IMG/VR virus record: IMGVR_UViG_3300035670_000069
Span: 44,557 to 108,556 of that record
DNA: 64,000 nucleotides
From: a virus
Strand: one strand, 5' to 3'
Shown here one piece after another: positions 57,463 through 64,000 of this stretch. The position numbers and the translations under genes are program-made. Under the pieces are notes generated by a model. It was not told the DNA's origin. It searched no databases and saw only the letters and a program-made list of their open reading frames with translations. Numbering within the stretch: the first letter of the stretch is position 1; each line of letters begins with the position of its first letter.

Positions 57463-57765
57463 TCAGTCGAAACTACCTGCTTCAAACAAAAGATCATCTA
57501 ATGTTTCATAGTATTTTGTATTGTCCACCTGTAGTGTTTCACATAGTAGATCCCAGGCTTCGTTTATATATGCCTCTGCTGTTTCTGTTGACTTGACTAT
57601 CCCCTCGTTTATTGCAAAAGCAAGGGGTAGTGCAAGATCACAATAATCTACATAAGATTCAAATGCTTCTTCATCTCTATAGTCCATCCAGAATTTATCT
57701 AATATCTCACACTTCTTAGAAAAGTCTATAGTGGGTTTGTCTGAAGTCACTGCTCTCCTTTTCAT
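57463..57765 (-). CDS. Hypothetical acidic early protein
   Basis: ORF in minus-strand cluster; start uncertain. Confidence 0.6.
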   Translation of the reverse strand: MKRRAVTSDKPTIDFSKKCEILDKFWMDYRDEEAFESYVDYCDLALPLAFAINEGIVKSTETAEAYINEAWDLLCETLQVDNTKYYETLDDLLFEAGSFD

Positions 57766-57928
57766 GTTGCGCTGATTCAACAATTTCTACAAGCCTATTA
57801 TACGGCACACTTGGACTTGTTCTAGCCAAATAAACACCAACAAGGTCTAAGTCAATTCTAACATCAGAAACAATGTCAGATAATCTTTTGGCTATCTTTT
57901 CTTCAGGAGTCATTATTCGTCTAAGCAT
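57716..57928 (-). CDS. Hypothetical early protein
   Basis: GGAGG RBS, TAATG coupling. Confidence 0.6.
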   Translation of the reverse strand: MLRRIMTPEEKIAKRLSDIVSDVRIDLDLVGVYLARTSPSVPYNRLVEIVESAQHEKESSDFRQTHYRLF

Positions 57929-58077
57929 TACTTACCTCCAATAAAGTTGATAGCACCCTCTAAAGCCTCTAGTGCGCCTGTGAGGTATTCTGTTTGATAC
58001 CCTTCGTTCTCAGCAAGGACATCACGGATTTCGTCTGCCTCAGTAATCAAATAATCTAGTATCTGTTGTGTATTCAT
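57928..58077 (-). CDS. Hypothetical early protein
   Basis: GAGGAG RBS before MNTQQ. Confidence 0.6.
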   Translation of the reverse strand: MNTQQILDYLITEADEIRDVLAENEGYQTEYLTGALEALEGAINFIGGK

Positions 58078-58094
58078 AGTTCTCCTCATTGTAT

Positions 58095-58149
58095 CAAAAA
58101 AGTGGTGACAGCGCAAGGGCAAGAAAGGATTAGAGCCTGCGCTGCCACC
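58095..58149 (-). terminator. Long hairpin plus U-tract with anti-SD loop, overlapping the next promoter
   Basis: GGTGGCAGCGCAGG/CTTGCGCTGTCACC then ACTTTTTT; TTGCGC-N17-TACAAT overlaps. Confidence 0.7.
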
Positions 58150-58171
58150 TGGACGGGGATGACCAGTCCCC

Positions 58172-58537
58172 TTATGAAGTAGCCGTCGCTACTAAATTAT
58201 GGTAATTAATAAAATCTTTAATAGAGTGTTCTCCACCAACCCTACTATCGACAGTATTATTTACAAGATTAATTATGATTGGCTCGTCCATAAAACCTAG
58301 GTCATTAGGATTACAAGCATAGATACCAAAGCCTGTCTCATCTAAAATGCTATCTTTAATTAAATAACTAATAGCCATACGAGTAGCATATGCATGGTCT
58401 CTCATCTCAATACGTGGCATTGCATGCTGCAGGGCTGCTGCCAGGTCTTCATACATGTCATATTCACCCCAGTGGCTGTATAAGGCCACAGCCTGGTCTT
58501 TTGACTGCTTAAAAACGAATGTACAACGTGCTCCCAT
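58172..58537 (-). CDS. Hypothetical early protein
   Basis: MGAR..LYSHWG; promoter TTGACA-N17-TACACT at 58570-58598; GAAAGGA RBS. Confidence 0.7.
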   Translation of the reverse strand: MGARCTFVFKQSKDQAVALYSHWGEYDMYEDLAAALQHAMPRIEMRDHAYATRMAISYLIKDSILDETGFGIYACNPNDLGFMDEPIIINLVNNTVDSRVGGEHSIKDFINYHNLVATATS

Positions 58538-58609
58538 TGTGGGTCCTTTCGATAGTTGGGTTTTCTTCTAGTGTATCAAATTGTAGGTCTAATGTCAACT
58601 GTTCGTACA

Positions 58610-58888
58610 TTATTCCTTCAGATCTGCAATTGCAAATGATAGTTGGTATGTCAATCTGTAGAGGTCTGCTAGTGCCTCCATATACCCTGACAGCCATAGT
58701 CTATCTACAGTATCTGAGTAGTCTTCATCTGAGCCAATCTCTTCTGATTGCTGCAGCAATGGATTTAGTTCTTGTTCTGTTTCATACATCCAGTTCTTAA
58801 GTTCACCATGGATGATATCAAGACCTGATATGCCTGCTTGAACAGACTTAATTAGATTATCTGATAATTCATTTGGCTTGGGCTGCAT
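58610..58888 (-). CDS. Hypothetical early protein
   Basis: GGAG RBS before MQPKP. Confidence 0.6.
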   Translation of the reverse strand: MQPKPNELSDNLIKSVQAGISGLDIIHGELKNWMYETEQELNPLLQQSEEIGSDEDYSDTVDRLWLSGYMEALADLYRLTYQLSFAIADLKE

Positions 58889-59078
58889 GCTCTTCTCCAA
58901 TCTGTATAAAATGGCGGGTAGCAATAATCTGTCCTGCCAACCAGTTGTATTCAAACTCTAGGTCTCTATAGTCTTTAGAATTCTCATCTAGTTTTTCCAT
59001 TTCTTCAGCAACTTCTGCTTGGTCCTGCTCAATAGATACAAGATGTATCTTCATATACTCTAATAAATAATCAGACAT
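58869..59078 (-). CDS. Hypothetical acidic early protein
   Basis: 69 aa, overlaps both neighbours. Confidence 0.6.
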   Translation of the reverse strand: MSDYLLEYMKIHLVSIEQDQAEVAEEMEKLDENSKDYRDLEFEYNWLAGQIIATRHFIQIGEEHAAQAK

Positions 59079-59790
59079 TTATCTCATCCATTCTATAGTC
59101 TGGTACATACTCTTCAGTCAAGTATACTTTATGCTCCTCGCATTCTGCAACTGCTTCTAAATCTGCCTCGCCTAAATAGTGACAAGAATCACAGATTTCT
59201 CCACAATCGTTATCACAATACTGTAATGTGTTGAGTGAATCACAGTCCCTGCATTTATTATCGTAGGATTCTGTTTCCATAGATTCGCCATTCTCTATGA
59301 CTACCTCGCCACCCCAACCAGTCTCTTCCTCAAAGGATAGAGTAAATACTAGATTAGGATACTGCTCAGATAGTTTGACGATAGCCTCAACAGGTGGGGA
59401 CCATGCTGTATTGAAGCGGTATGAAATAAAGTCCTGACCTTCATCAGTCAACTCAGTCTCAGGATACTTATCATCCTCATTGACACATACATCCCATTTA
59501 GTTCCCCAGTTACGCACATTCCAGTCATACCAGTGGTCTGAATCAAAGGATAGGCCCTTAGATAAGTCTGTCTCAGGTTGTGGGCCATAGTAGGCTTCTA
59601 GGTTTGTTGGCTTGACAATGTTCCAGAATGCAAATACAGGGTTGGGATAGTGAAACAGTTTCTTTTCCATTTGTCCTGTTTCTCTATTGTAAGTATCATG
59701 CATTACCTCAAAGGGGGTATTGAGTTGGGCTTTGAGAGCAGATACGTCTCCACCTGAAATGTCTAGGTGGTTGTAACACCAATTGGGCAT
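59071..59790 (-). CDS. DUF1281/YubB-like protein
   Basis: MPNWCYN..WYDW...NWGTKWD..FNTAWSPP..YP.L.F..EE; Cys-rich tail. Confidence 0.8.
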   Translation of the reverse strand: MPNWCYNHLDISGGDVSALKAQLNTPFEVMHDTYNRETGQMEKKLFHYPNPVFAFWNIVKPTNLEAYYGPQPETDLSKGLSFDSDHWYDWNVRNWGTKWDVCVNEDDKYPETELTDEGQDFISYRFNTAWSPPVEAIVKLSEQYPNLVFTLSFEEETGWGGEVVIENGESMETESYDNKCRDCDSLNTLQYCDNDCGEICDSCHYLGEADLEAVAECEEHKVYLTEEYVPDYRMDEINV

Positions 59791-59818
59791 TGGATTCCTT
59801 TCTATAGGTCTTTGTATA

Positions 59819-59847
59819 ATTCTAGCAAAATCTTATGGGGTTGTCAA
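59819..59847 (-). promoter_or_regulatory. Early-type promoter
   Basis: TTGACA-N17-TAGAAT with extended TG. Confidence 0.75.
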
Positions 59848-60003
59848 CTATTGAAAGTGTCCCTCTACTATTAATCCTTGTAAGAAGTCAAAGGCTTTGT
59901 ATAGATCCCGTTTGGTTTCAGGGTCATCGGCGGGTATATATTTAGTAGCCTCATTAATAGAGATCTGCATATCTACTACATCTGTAATGGTATAGCCTAA
60001 CAT
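59848..60003 (-). CDS. Hypothetical early protein (not in ORF track)
   Basis: 51 aa MLGYTITDVV...; AGAAAGGA RBS. Confidence 0.65.
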   Translation of the reverse strand: MLGYTITDVVDMQISINEATKYIPADDPETKRDLYKAFDFLQGLIVEGHFQ

Positions 60004-60024
60004 ATTTTCCTTTCTGTTATATTT

Positions 60025-60053
60025 ATTATAGCAATTTCAGGGATTTAAGTCAA
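60025..60053 (-). promoter_or_regulatory. Early-type promoter
   Basis: TTGACT-N17-TATAAT with extended TG. Confidence 0.8.
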
Positions 60054-60101
60054 GTCATCGTAATTAATTTCTGGAAAAATCTAATTAATATCTTAATCAG
60101 G

Positions 60102-60117
60102 TGTGAGAAAAATCACA
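60102..60117. promoter_or_regulatory. CRP/GlxR-consensus site
   Basis: TGTGA-GAAAAA-TCACA, perfect consensus. Confidence 0.55.
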
Positions 60118-60150
60118 TGCTCGGGGGATTTTTTTGATCAATAAAAAATA

Positions 60151-60177
60151 GAGCAGTTTAGACTCATGCTCAGGAGT
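60151..60177 (-). ncRNA. Pseudoknot motif, copy A
   Basis: ACTC-CTGAGCAT-GAGT-CTAAAC-TGCTC. Confidence 0.7.
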
Positions 60178-60186
60178 TGAATTAGA

Positions 60187-61188
60187 TTAAACTAATTCTA
60201 GAGTTGAATTAACAACTTGCAACAAGCGATTTTTTTCTGCTGTGATAGCAGGGTCAAAACCACTTGAACCCATTAGGATTGATTCAGTAAGACCACGCTT
60301 ACCTCCACGATACCAATCGATTCTTTCTGTAAGTGCATTCCAAGCACCCCAAGCAGAACCAGCAATCATGCCATTGAATTGACCTGTGTAGATGTCATTG
60401 ATAGTGTCGATTTTATTCTCCCACTTTTTCAATGCACCCTTTTTGGTTTCATCAGGCTTTGGATACGCAGCAAGAACAATATCATTGAATTGTTGCGCTG
60501 TGATTTCTTTCTGAATCATCAACTGAGCCATTTTAGAAAACTCGTCCATGTATGCATTAGCAACACCTAGAGCCTCACGTGCTTGTTGCACTTTACCGTC
60601 AGCAGATTGGGTGTGACGAATCTTGAATGATTGCTTTACGCCACGCTTACCTCTACCAAGAGCAACGGCAAGAGTGTTAGCACACACAACACGAACTGGG
60701 GTCACACTTGCTTGAATAGCAACTGAACCATCGTGTGATGTATTGACAAGAAGATAAGTCTTGACAACATCTGCAACACCGCTAGGGTCTAGAACGGTTT
60801 CACGCTCAAGAGCAAGAGAGCCGAAAACTACACGACCACCCTTGAGAGAGCCAGCAGTCTCCCAACGACCTCCACCATCAAGAATTGCATCACCAAAAGT
60901 GAATAGGTCTTCATTTTGTAGTGGAACATAACGCTCACCTACAACACCCAAAACATCTGTCTGAGAATTATCAAACGGATTAGTGCGAACAACATATTGA
61001 TAAGATTTATCTGATGAGAGATTTTCTGGAATCACTACATCTTCTAATCTAACATTCCAATTCTGGAGATTAGCAAGAGACAACATTTCTGATGTTGAAA
61101 CTTCCTCATTAAATACGGTTCCTAAACCATGCCAAGCAGGTTCACGGAAACTAGCGAATGACTTTTCTGATTCTAATTCATGAGCCAT
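60187..61188 (-). CDS. DUF932 family phage/plasmid protein
   Basis: PAWHGLG, LGVVGERY.P.QN, ETAGSLKGG, NTSHDGS, RVVCANTL, IRHT. Confidence 0.9.
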   Translation of the reverse strand: MAHELESEKSFASFREPAWHGLGTVFNEEVSTSEMLSLANLQNWNVRLEDVVIPENLSSDKSYQYVVRTNPFDNSQTDVLGVVGERYVPLQNEDLFTFGDAILDGGGRWETAGSLKGGRVVFGSLALERETVLDPSGVADVVKTYLLVNTSHDGSVAIQASVTPVRVVCANTLAVALGRGKRGVKQSFKIRHTQSADGKVQQAREALGVANAYMDEFSKMAQLMIQKEITAQQFNDIVLAAYPKPDETKKGALKKWENKIDTINDIYTGQFNGMIAGSAWGAWNALTERIDWYRGGKRGLTESILMGSSGFDPAITAEKNRLLQVVNSTLELV

Positions 61189-61220
61189 TTTTTCTTCCTT
61201 TCTGTTTGTTTATTATCTAA

Positions 61221-61249
61221 AGTTTAGCACAATGGACTGACAAAAGCAA
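61221..61249 (-). promoter_or_regulatory. Early-type promoter
   Basis: TTGCTT-N17-TAAACT with extended TG. Confidence 0.7.
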
Positions 61250-61325
61250 ATCCTGGAATTCGTGATCTTTTTCTTAAACTTCTTAAAACGGACATATAGT
61301 ACAAAAGCCCCTCGGGAAATTTTTA

Positions 61326-61354
61326 GAGCAGTTTACATGGACGTGCTCAGGTCC
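61326..61354 (-). ncRNA. Pseudoknot motif, copy B
   Basis: GGAC-CTGAGCAC-GTCC-ATGTAAAC-TGCTC. Confidence 0.7.
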
Positions 61355-61435
61355 CTCACGGTCTCTTTGAAAGAAAGGATGAAAGAAGAGAGCCGTGCAC
61401 ATTGCGGGGCCTTTCATGATCCCCGCAAATTTTAT

Positions 61436-61846
61436 TTAGATGTCAACACTGTCGACACTAGATGAAACATGTGTGACATGGTCCGTGTCATATACAATTG
61501 CGTCGAAATCAATATCATTGATTATGTCTTCAGCATTCTCACCTGCAGGCACATTCAATGTTATATAGTAAGTTACAGAGACTTCAGCCTCTACTTCTTT
61601 TGTTAGTTCGAATCCACCAATCTCTGCCAGTTCCAAGGCCTGCGCCTCGTTGATGGCAATATTCTCTAGATTCTCTATGGTCCAATCACGTAGTGATTCT
61701 GACATTGCATTCAATGCAGCAGATGTACTAAAGTCACGCTGCACGACACGAGCATGAGACTCTTCTACAGTCTTTACTCGCTCCTCTAATTCGGTAATTC
61801 TATTACGAAGGAATTCCTCCGTCATATGTATTTCATTAGTTTCCAT
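61436..61846 (-). CDS. Hypothetical acidic early protein
   Basis: GAAAGGA RBS; very acidic. Confidence 0.7.
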   Translation of the reverse strand: METNEIHMTEEFLRNRITELEERVKTVEESHARVVQRDFSTSAALNAMSESLRDWTIENLENIAINEAQALELAEIGGFELTKEVEAEVSVTYYITLNVPAGENAEDIINDIDFDAIVYDTDHVTHVSSSVDSVDI

Positions 61847-62108
61847 TTGTTATATCCTTTCCAAGTTCATCAAATTCTTTGATATCATCAATCATAGCGT
61901 CCATTTGTTCTTCTGTCAATAGGACATTAGTGACAAGTGTTGCTGTTAGTGATGAGAGTAGAGCAGAATACTCAAACAATGCTCTTGCGAAATCATTATC
62001 TGACATTTCATTTCTTGTGTGAAATAAGTGAGAAGCGATGCCCATTGTCATTTCGTCATGAACTGCTTCTGCTGTTGCTTGTTGTATTGCTATAGCGGTT
62101 GCTATCAT
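61836..62108 (-). CDS. Hypothetical early protein
   Basis: AGAAAGGA RBS before MIATA. Confidence 0.7.
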   Translation of the reverse strand: MIATAIAIQQATAEAVHDEMTMGIASHLFHTRNEMSDNDFARALFEYSALLSSLTATLVTNVLLTEEQMDAMIDDIKEFDELGKDITNGN

Positions 62109-62133
62109 CTTAGTTCCTTTCTTTCTAATTCTA

Positions 62134-62163
62134 AGTTTAGCATTTGGGTCTGACATTTGTCAA
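62134..62163 (-). promoter_or_regulatory. Early-type promoter
   Basis: TTGACA-N18-TAAACT with extended TG. Confidence 0.75.
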
Positions 62164-62174
62164 GTTAGGAGGTG

Positions 62175-62200
62175 GAGCAGTTTAGAGTCATGCTCAGGAC
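62175..62200 (-). ncRNA. Pseudoknot motif, copy C
   Basis: GTC-CTGAGCAT-GAC-TCTAAAC-TGCTC. Confidence 0.7.
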
Positions 62201-62277
62201 GATCCCCAGGGGACACTTGCTATAAATAGCGTGGAACGCAGGGGATAGAGAGAGGGGCTTTTACACCCCTCCCAATT

Positions 62278-62700
62278 TTACAAGTATCTTGCGATAGCGT
62301 TGTAAGTAGAAGTAGAAACTACTTCCTCGTCTGTCATCTTGAGAATACGGACAGCGTTCTCAATTTCCTCAATCATTTCCTTATACTGCCAATCATGGTA
62401 AGTAGTAAAATCCTTTTGAGGTTCATCAGGTAGTTCAATACTTCCAGCAGGTAAGCAGAAAGATACTTGGATTTCGCCATTGTATCTCTTGTGAGCAGAT
62501 AAGTCAGTTGCCTTAGAGATAGCAGATACCGCAAGTTTTGCGACTTCCTTGTTATGCTTCTCCTCAAGTTTCTTGAACTTAGCCTCGTTGCTTGCTTGAT
62601 TAGCCTTATCTTTGTTGATTTGGGCTAACTTAGTTTCTAATGCCTTGATTACTTTGGTTGTAGCAATCTTGACATTTATGGCTTTTCCATTTCTTGCCAT
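62278..62700 (-). CDS. Hypothetical early protein
   Basis: AGAAAGGA RBS; own promoter. Confidence 0.75.
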   Translation of the reverse strand: MARNGKAINVKIATTKVIKALETKLAQINKDKANQASNEAKFKKLEEKHNKEVAKLAVSAISKATDLSAHKRYNGEIQVSFCLPAGSIELPDEPQKDFTTYHDWQYKEMIEEIENAVRILKMTDEEVVSTSTYNAIARYL

Positions 62701-62731
62701 TGTTATCCTTTCTTAGTGGGTTGTTATTTAT

Positions 62732-62760
62732 AGTCTAGCATTTTTACTGCTAGAAATCAA
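62732..62760 (-). promoter_or_regulatory. Early-type promoter
   Basis: TTGATT-N17-TAGACT with extended TG. Confidence 0.75.
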
Positions 62761-62762
62761 GT

Positions 62763-62791
62763 GAGCAGTTTTAGTAGTCATGCTCAGGACT
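62763..62791 (-). ncRNA. Pseudoknot motif, copy D
   Basis: AGTC-CTGAGCAT-GACT-ACTAAAAC-TGCTC. Confidence 0.7.
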
Positions 62792-62807
62792 TTTCCTGTA
62801 TTAGGAA

Positions 62808-62975
62808 TTACTTTGCTGTCCAAGTTGTCCAGCGTGGTGTGCCATTGACATCAAGTTTTACACGAACTGTTGTTCCGTCTGTGTTTGGCTTGATTTCTGT
62901 GATAACACCTGTCACCTTTGACTTTTGTGAGGTGTAGGTGTCGCCTACCTTGTAAGTTGCTGTTGCTACTGCCAT
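62808..62975 (-). CDS. Small SH3/KOW-like protein (not in ORF track)
   Basis: 55 aa MAVATATYKVGDTYTSQKSKVTGVITEI...; GAAAGGA RBS; TTGACA promoter at 63015-63043. Confidence 0.7.
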   Translation of the reverse strand: MAVATATYKVGDTYTSQKSKVTGVITEIKPNTDGTTVRVKLDVNGTPRWTTWTAK

Positions 62976-63074
62976 TTGTATTTCCTTTCAGTTGGTTGTT
63001 TTGCTTACTGTATTATTATTACATTTTGTAGAGAAAATGTCAAGTTTGACCCTGACATTTCTCACATTTTGAGA

Positions 63075-63242
63075 TTAGTAGGTTTTGACCATAGCAAATC
63101 TAGTCTGATTATTAGACAAGCGAAGCATAACCTTAGTTACATTTTGACGCATTGGAACGAACTTCTCAATACGACCTGTAACACCTGTTTTGCTAGTAGT
63201 GAATAAATCGCCTACCTGATAAGTGTATCCGCCTAGTGTCAT
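63075..63242 (-). CDS. Small SH3/KOW-like protein, paralogue of 62808
   Basis: TYQVGDLFTTSKTGVTGRI; AGAAAGGA RBS; TTGTAT-N17-TAAACT at 63274-63302. Confidence 0.7.
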   Translation of the reverse strand: MTLGGYTYQVGDLFTTSKTGVTGRIEKFVPMRQNVTKVMLRLSNNQTRFAMVKTY

Positions 63243-63467
63243 TTGTTTTCCTTTCTGTTTGGGTCTTAGTATTAGTTTAGCAGAAAAATACCAAAAATAC
63301 AATTCAGGGAGAGTTTCTAGGACATTTTTAATGTGATCTTAATTACACTCTCTTAATTAGTACAAAACGGACATTTCGCCCCCTCGGGATTTTTGCGGGG
63401 GATCACTGCAAAAAGAACATGCACATGGCCCACCACAAAAAGAAAATAAGAAACTTACTTAGTTCCA

Positions 63468-63998
63468 TTATTTTTTACTCGCACTAAATACGATATCTGC
63501 TTTGTTATATACACACAATCCACATGACACACATGCACTACCGTTAGTAGAAATAAGTGGAATGCGCTTTGCATTTTCAGGACACTTAGCACCAGGCTTA
63601 GAAATTAATTCTTTCAATTGGTCTTGTCCCATTTTGAAATTCTGAGCAAGGTATGCCATGCGGACACCATATTCTTGTTTTAATTCTACGGCTGTTTTGA
63701 TATTCTCACTATCTGCAGAGAAATATAAACTAAGATTATCCATATTTTTTAGAATGATAGCAGCAGATTTTACACGTGTATATACCCAAAATTGAACATC
63801 AGGATTATTTAACACAATATGCTTCCATACGAATGCGTACTCATCGCTAAAGAAATCCCCATCCCAGTGAATACGGAATAACTTAGGCGCATTACGCTTA
63901 TCGCAATCTTTCTTGAAATCATCAATCATATCTTGCAATAATGCTTCCATAGTGTCATGGTCTGCGTCTTTTAGTAAATTCCAATTATGGAGTAGAGT
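63468..63998 (-). CDS. Gp88-like protein, 5'-partial
   Basis: FRIHWDGDF..FWVYTR..NL...S.D..CP..C..C..C; frame open to the window edge. Confidence 0.72.
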   Translation of the reverse strand, partial: TLLHNWNLLKDADHDTMEALLQDMIDDFKKDCDKRNAPKLFRIHWDGDFFSDEYAFVWKHIVLNNPDVQFWVYTRVKSAAIILKNMDNLSLYFSADSENIKTAVELKQEYGVRMAYLAQNFKMGQDQLKELISKPGAKCPENAKRIPLISTNGSACVSCGLCVYNKADIVFSASKK

Positions 63999-64000
63999 AT

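Noticed and set aside
58509-58697. Minus-strand 62 aa ORF
   Set aside because: Overlaps two genes, and its unique part is a consensus promoter plus RBS; a short peptide from 58610 cannot be fully excluded
60151-62791. Repeats as a CRISPR array
   Set aside because: Copies are 0.6-1.2 kb apart with genes between them; the only Cas-like gene is a solo Cas4-type exonuclease in the recombination module
60151-62791. CTGA...AAAC motif as a hammerhead ribozyme
   Set aside because: The core CUGANGA and GAAA are not present (CUGAGCA and UAAAC instead) and there is no three-stem junction
1-64000. Stop-codon reassignment, inteins/introns, integrase or diversity-generating retroelement
   Set aside because: Core genes are intact in code 11 at expected lengths, there is no suppressor tRNA, and I saw no intein, recombinase or reverse-transcriptase motifs

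Overview
A 64 kb stretch of a large, AT-rich tailed-phage (Caudoviricetes) genome. The host is most likely an actinobacterium, based on a WhiB gene, AGAAAGGA ribosome-binding sites, many leaderless genes and a DnaE/DnaB/RecA replication set. Left to right: end of the tail module (1-2.5 kb); replication and recombination (2.5-17 kb) interrupted by five tandem 2OG-Fe(II) oxygenase-like genes; terminase (17.8-20.1 kb); surface and lysis genes (20-27.5 kb); four tRNAs; a large accessory block of modifying enzymes (28-56.6 kb: oxygenases, GT61-like glycosyltransferases, carbamoyltransferase, methyl- and sulfotransferase-like proteins, RsmI-like protein, AdoMetDC, Hsp20, two more tRNAs); a repeat-rich mostly non-coding segment with a DnaA box (56.6-57.45 kb); and a minus-strand, probably early region (57.5-64 kb) with tandem strong sigma-A-type promoters. 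The most striking unexplained signals are non-coding: a four-copy H-type pseudoknot with compensatory changes between early genes, two hairpins exposing an anti-Shine-Dalgarno loop, a bipartite repeat with fixed 12-bp spacing, CRP-like boxes, a stand-alone structured RNA candidate and a ROSE-like thermometer on hsp20. All protein calls come from motif recognition by eye; no database searches were run. Several starts are adjusted from the ORF track using RBS or promoter position.
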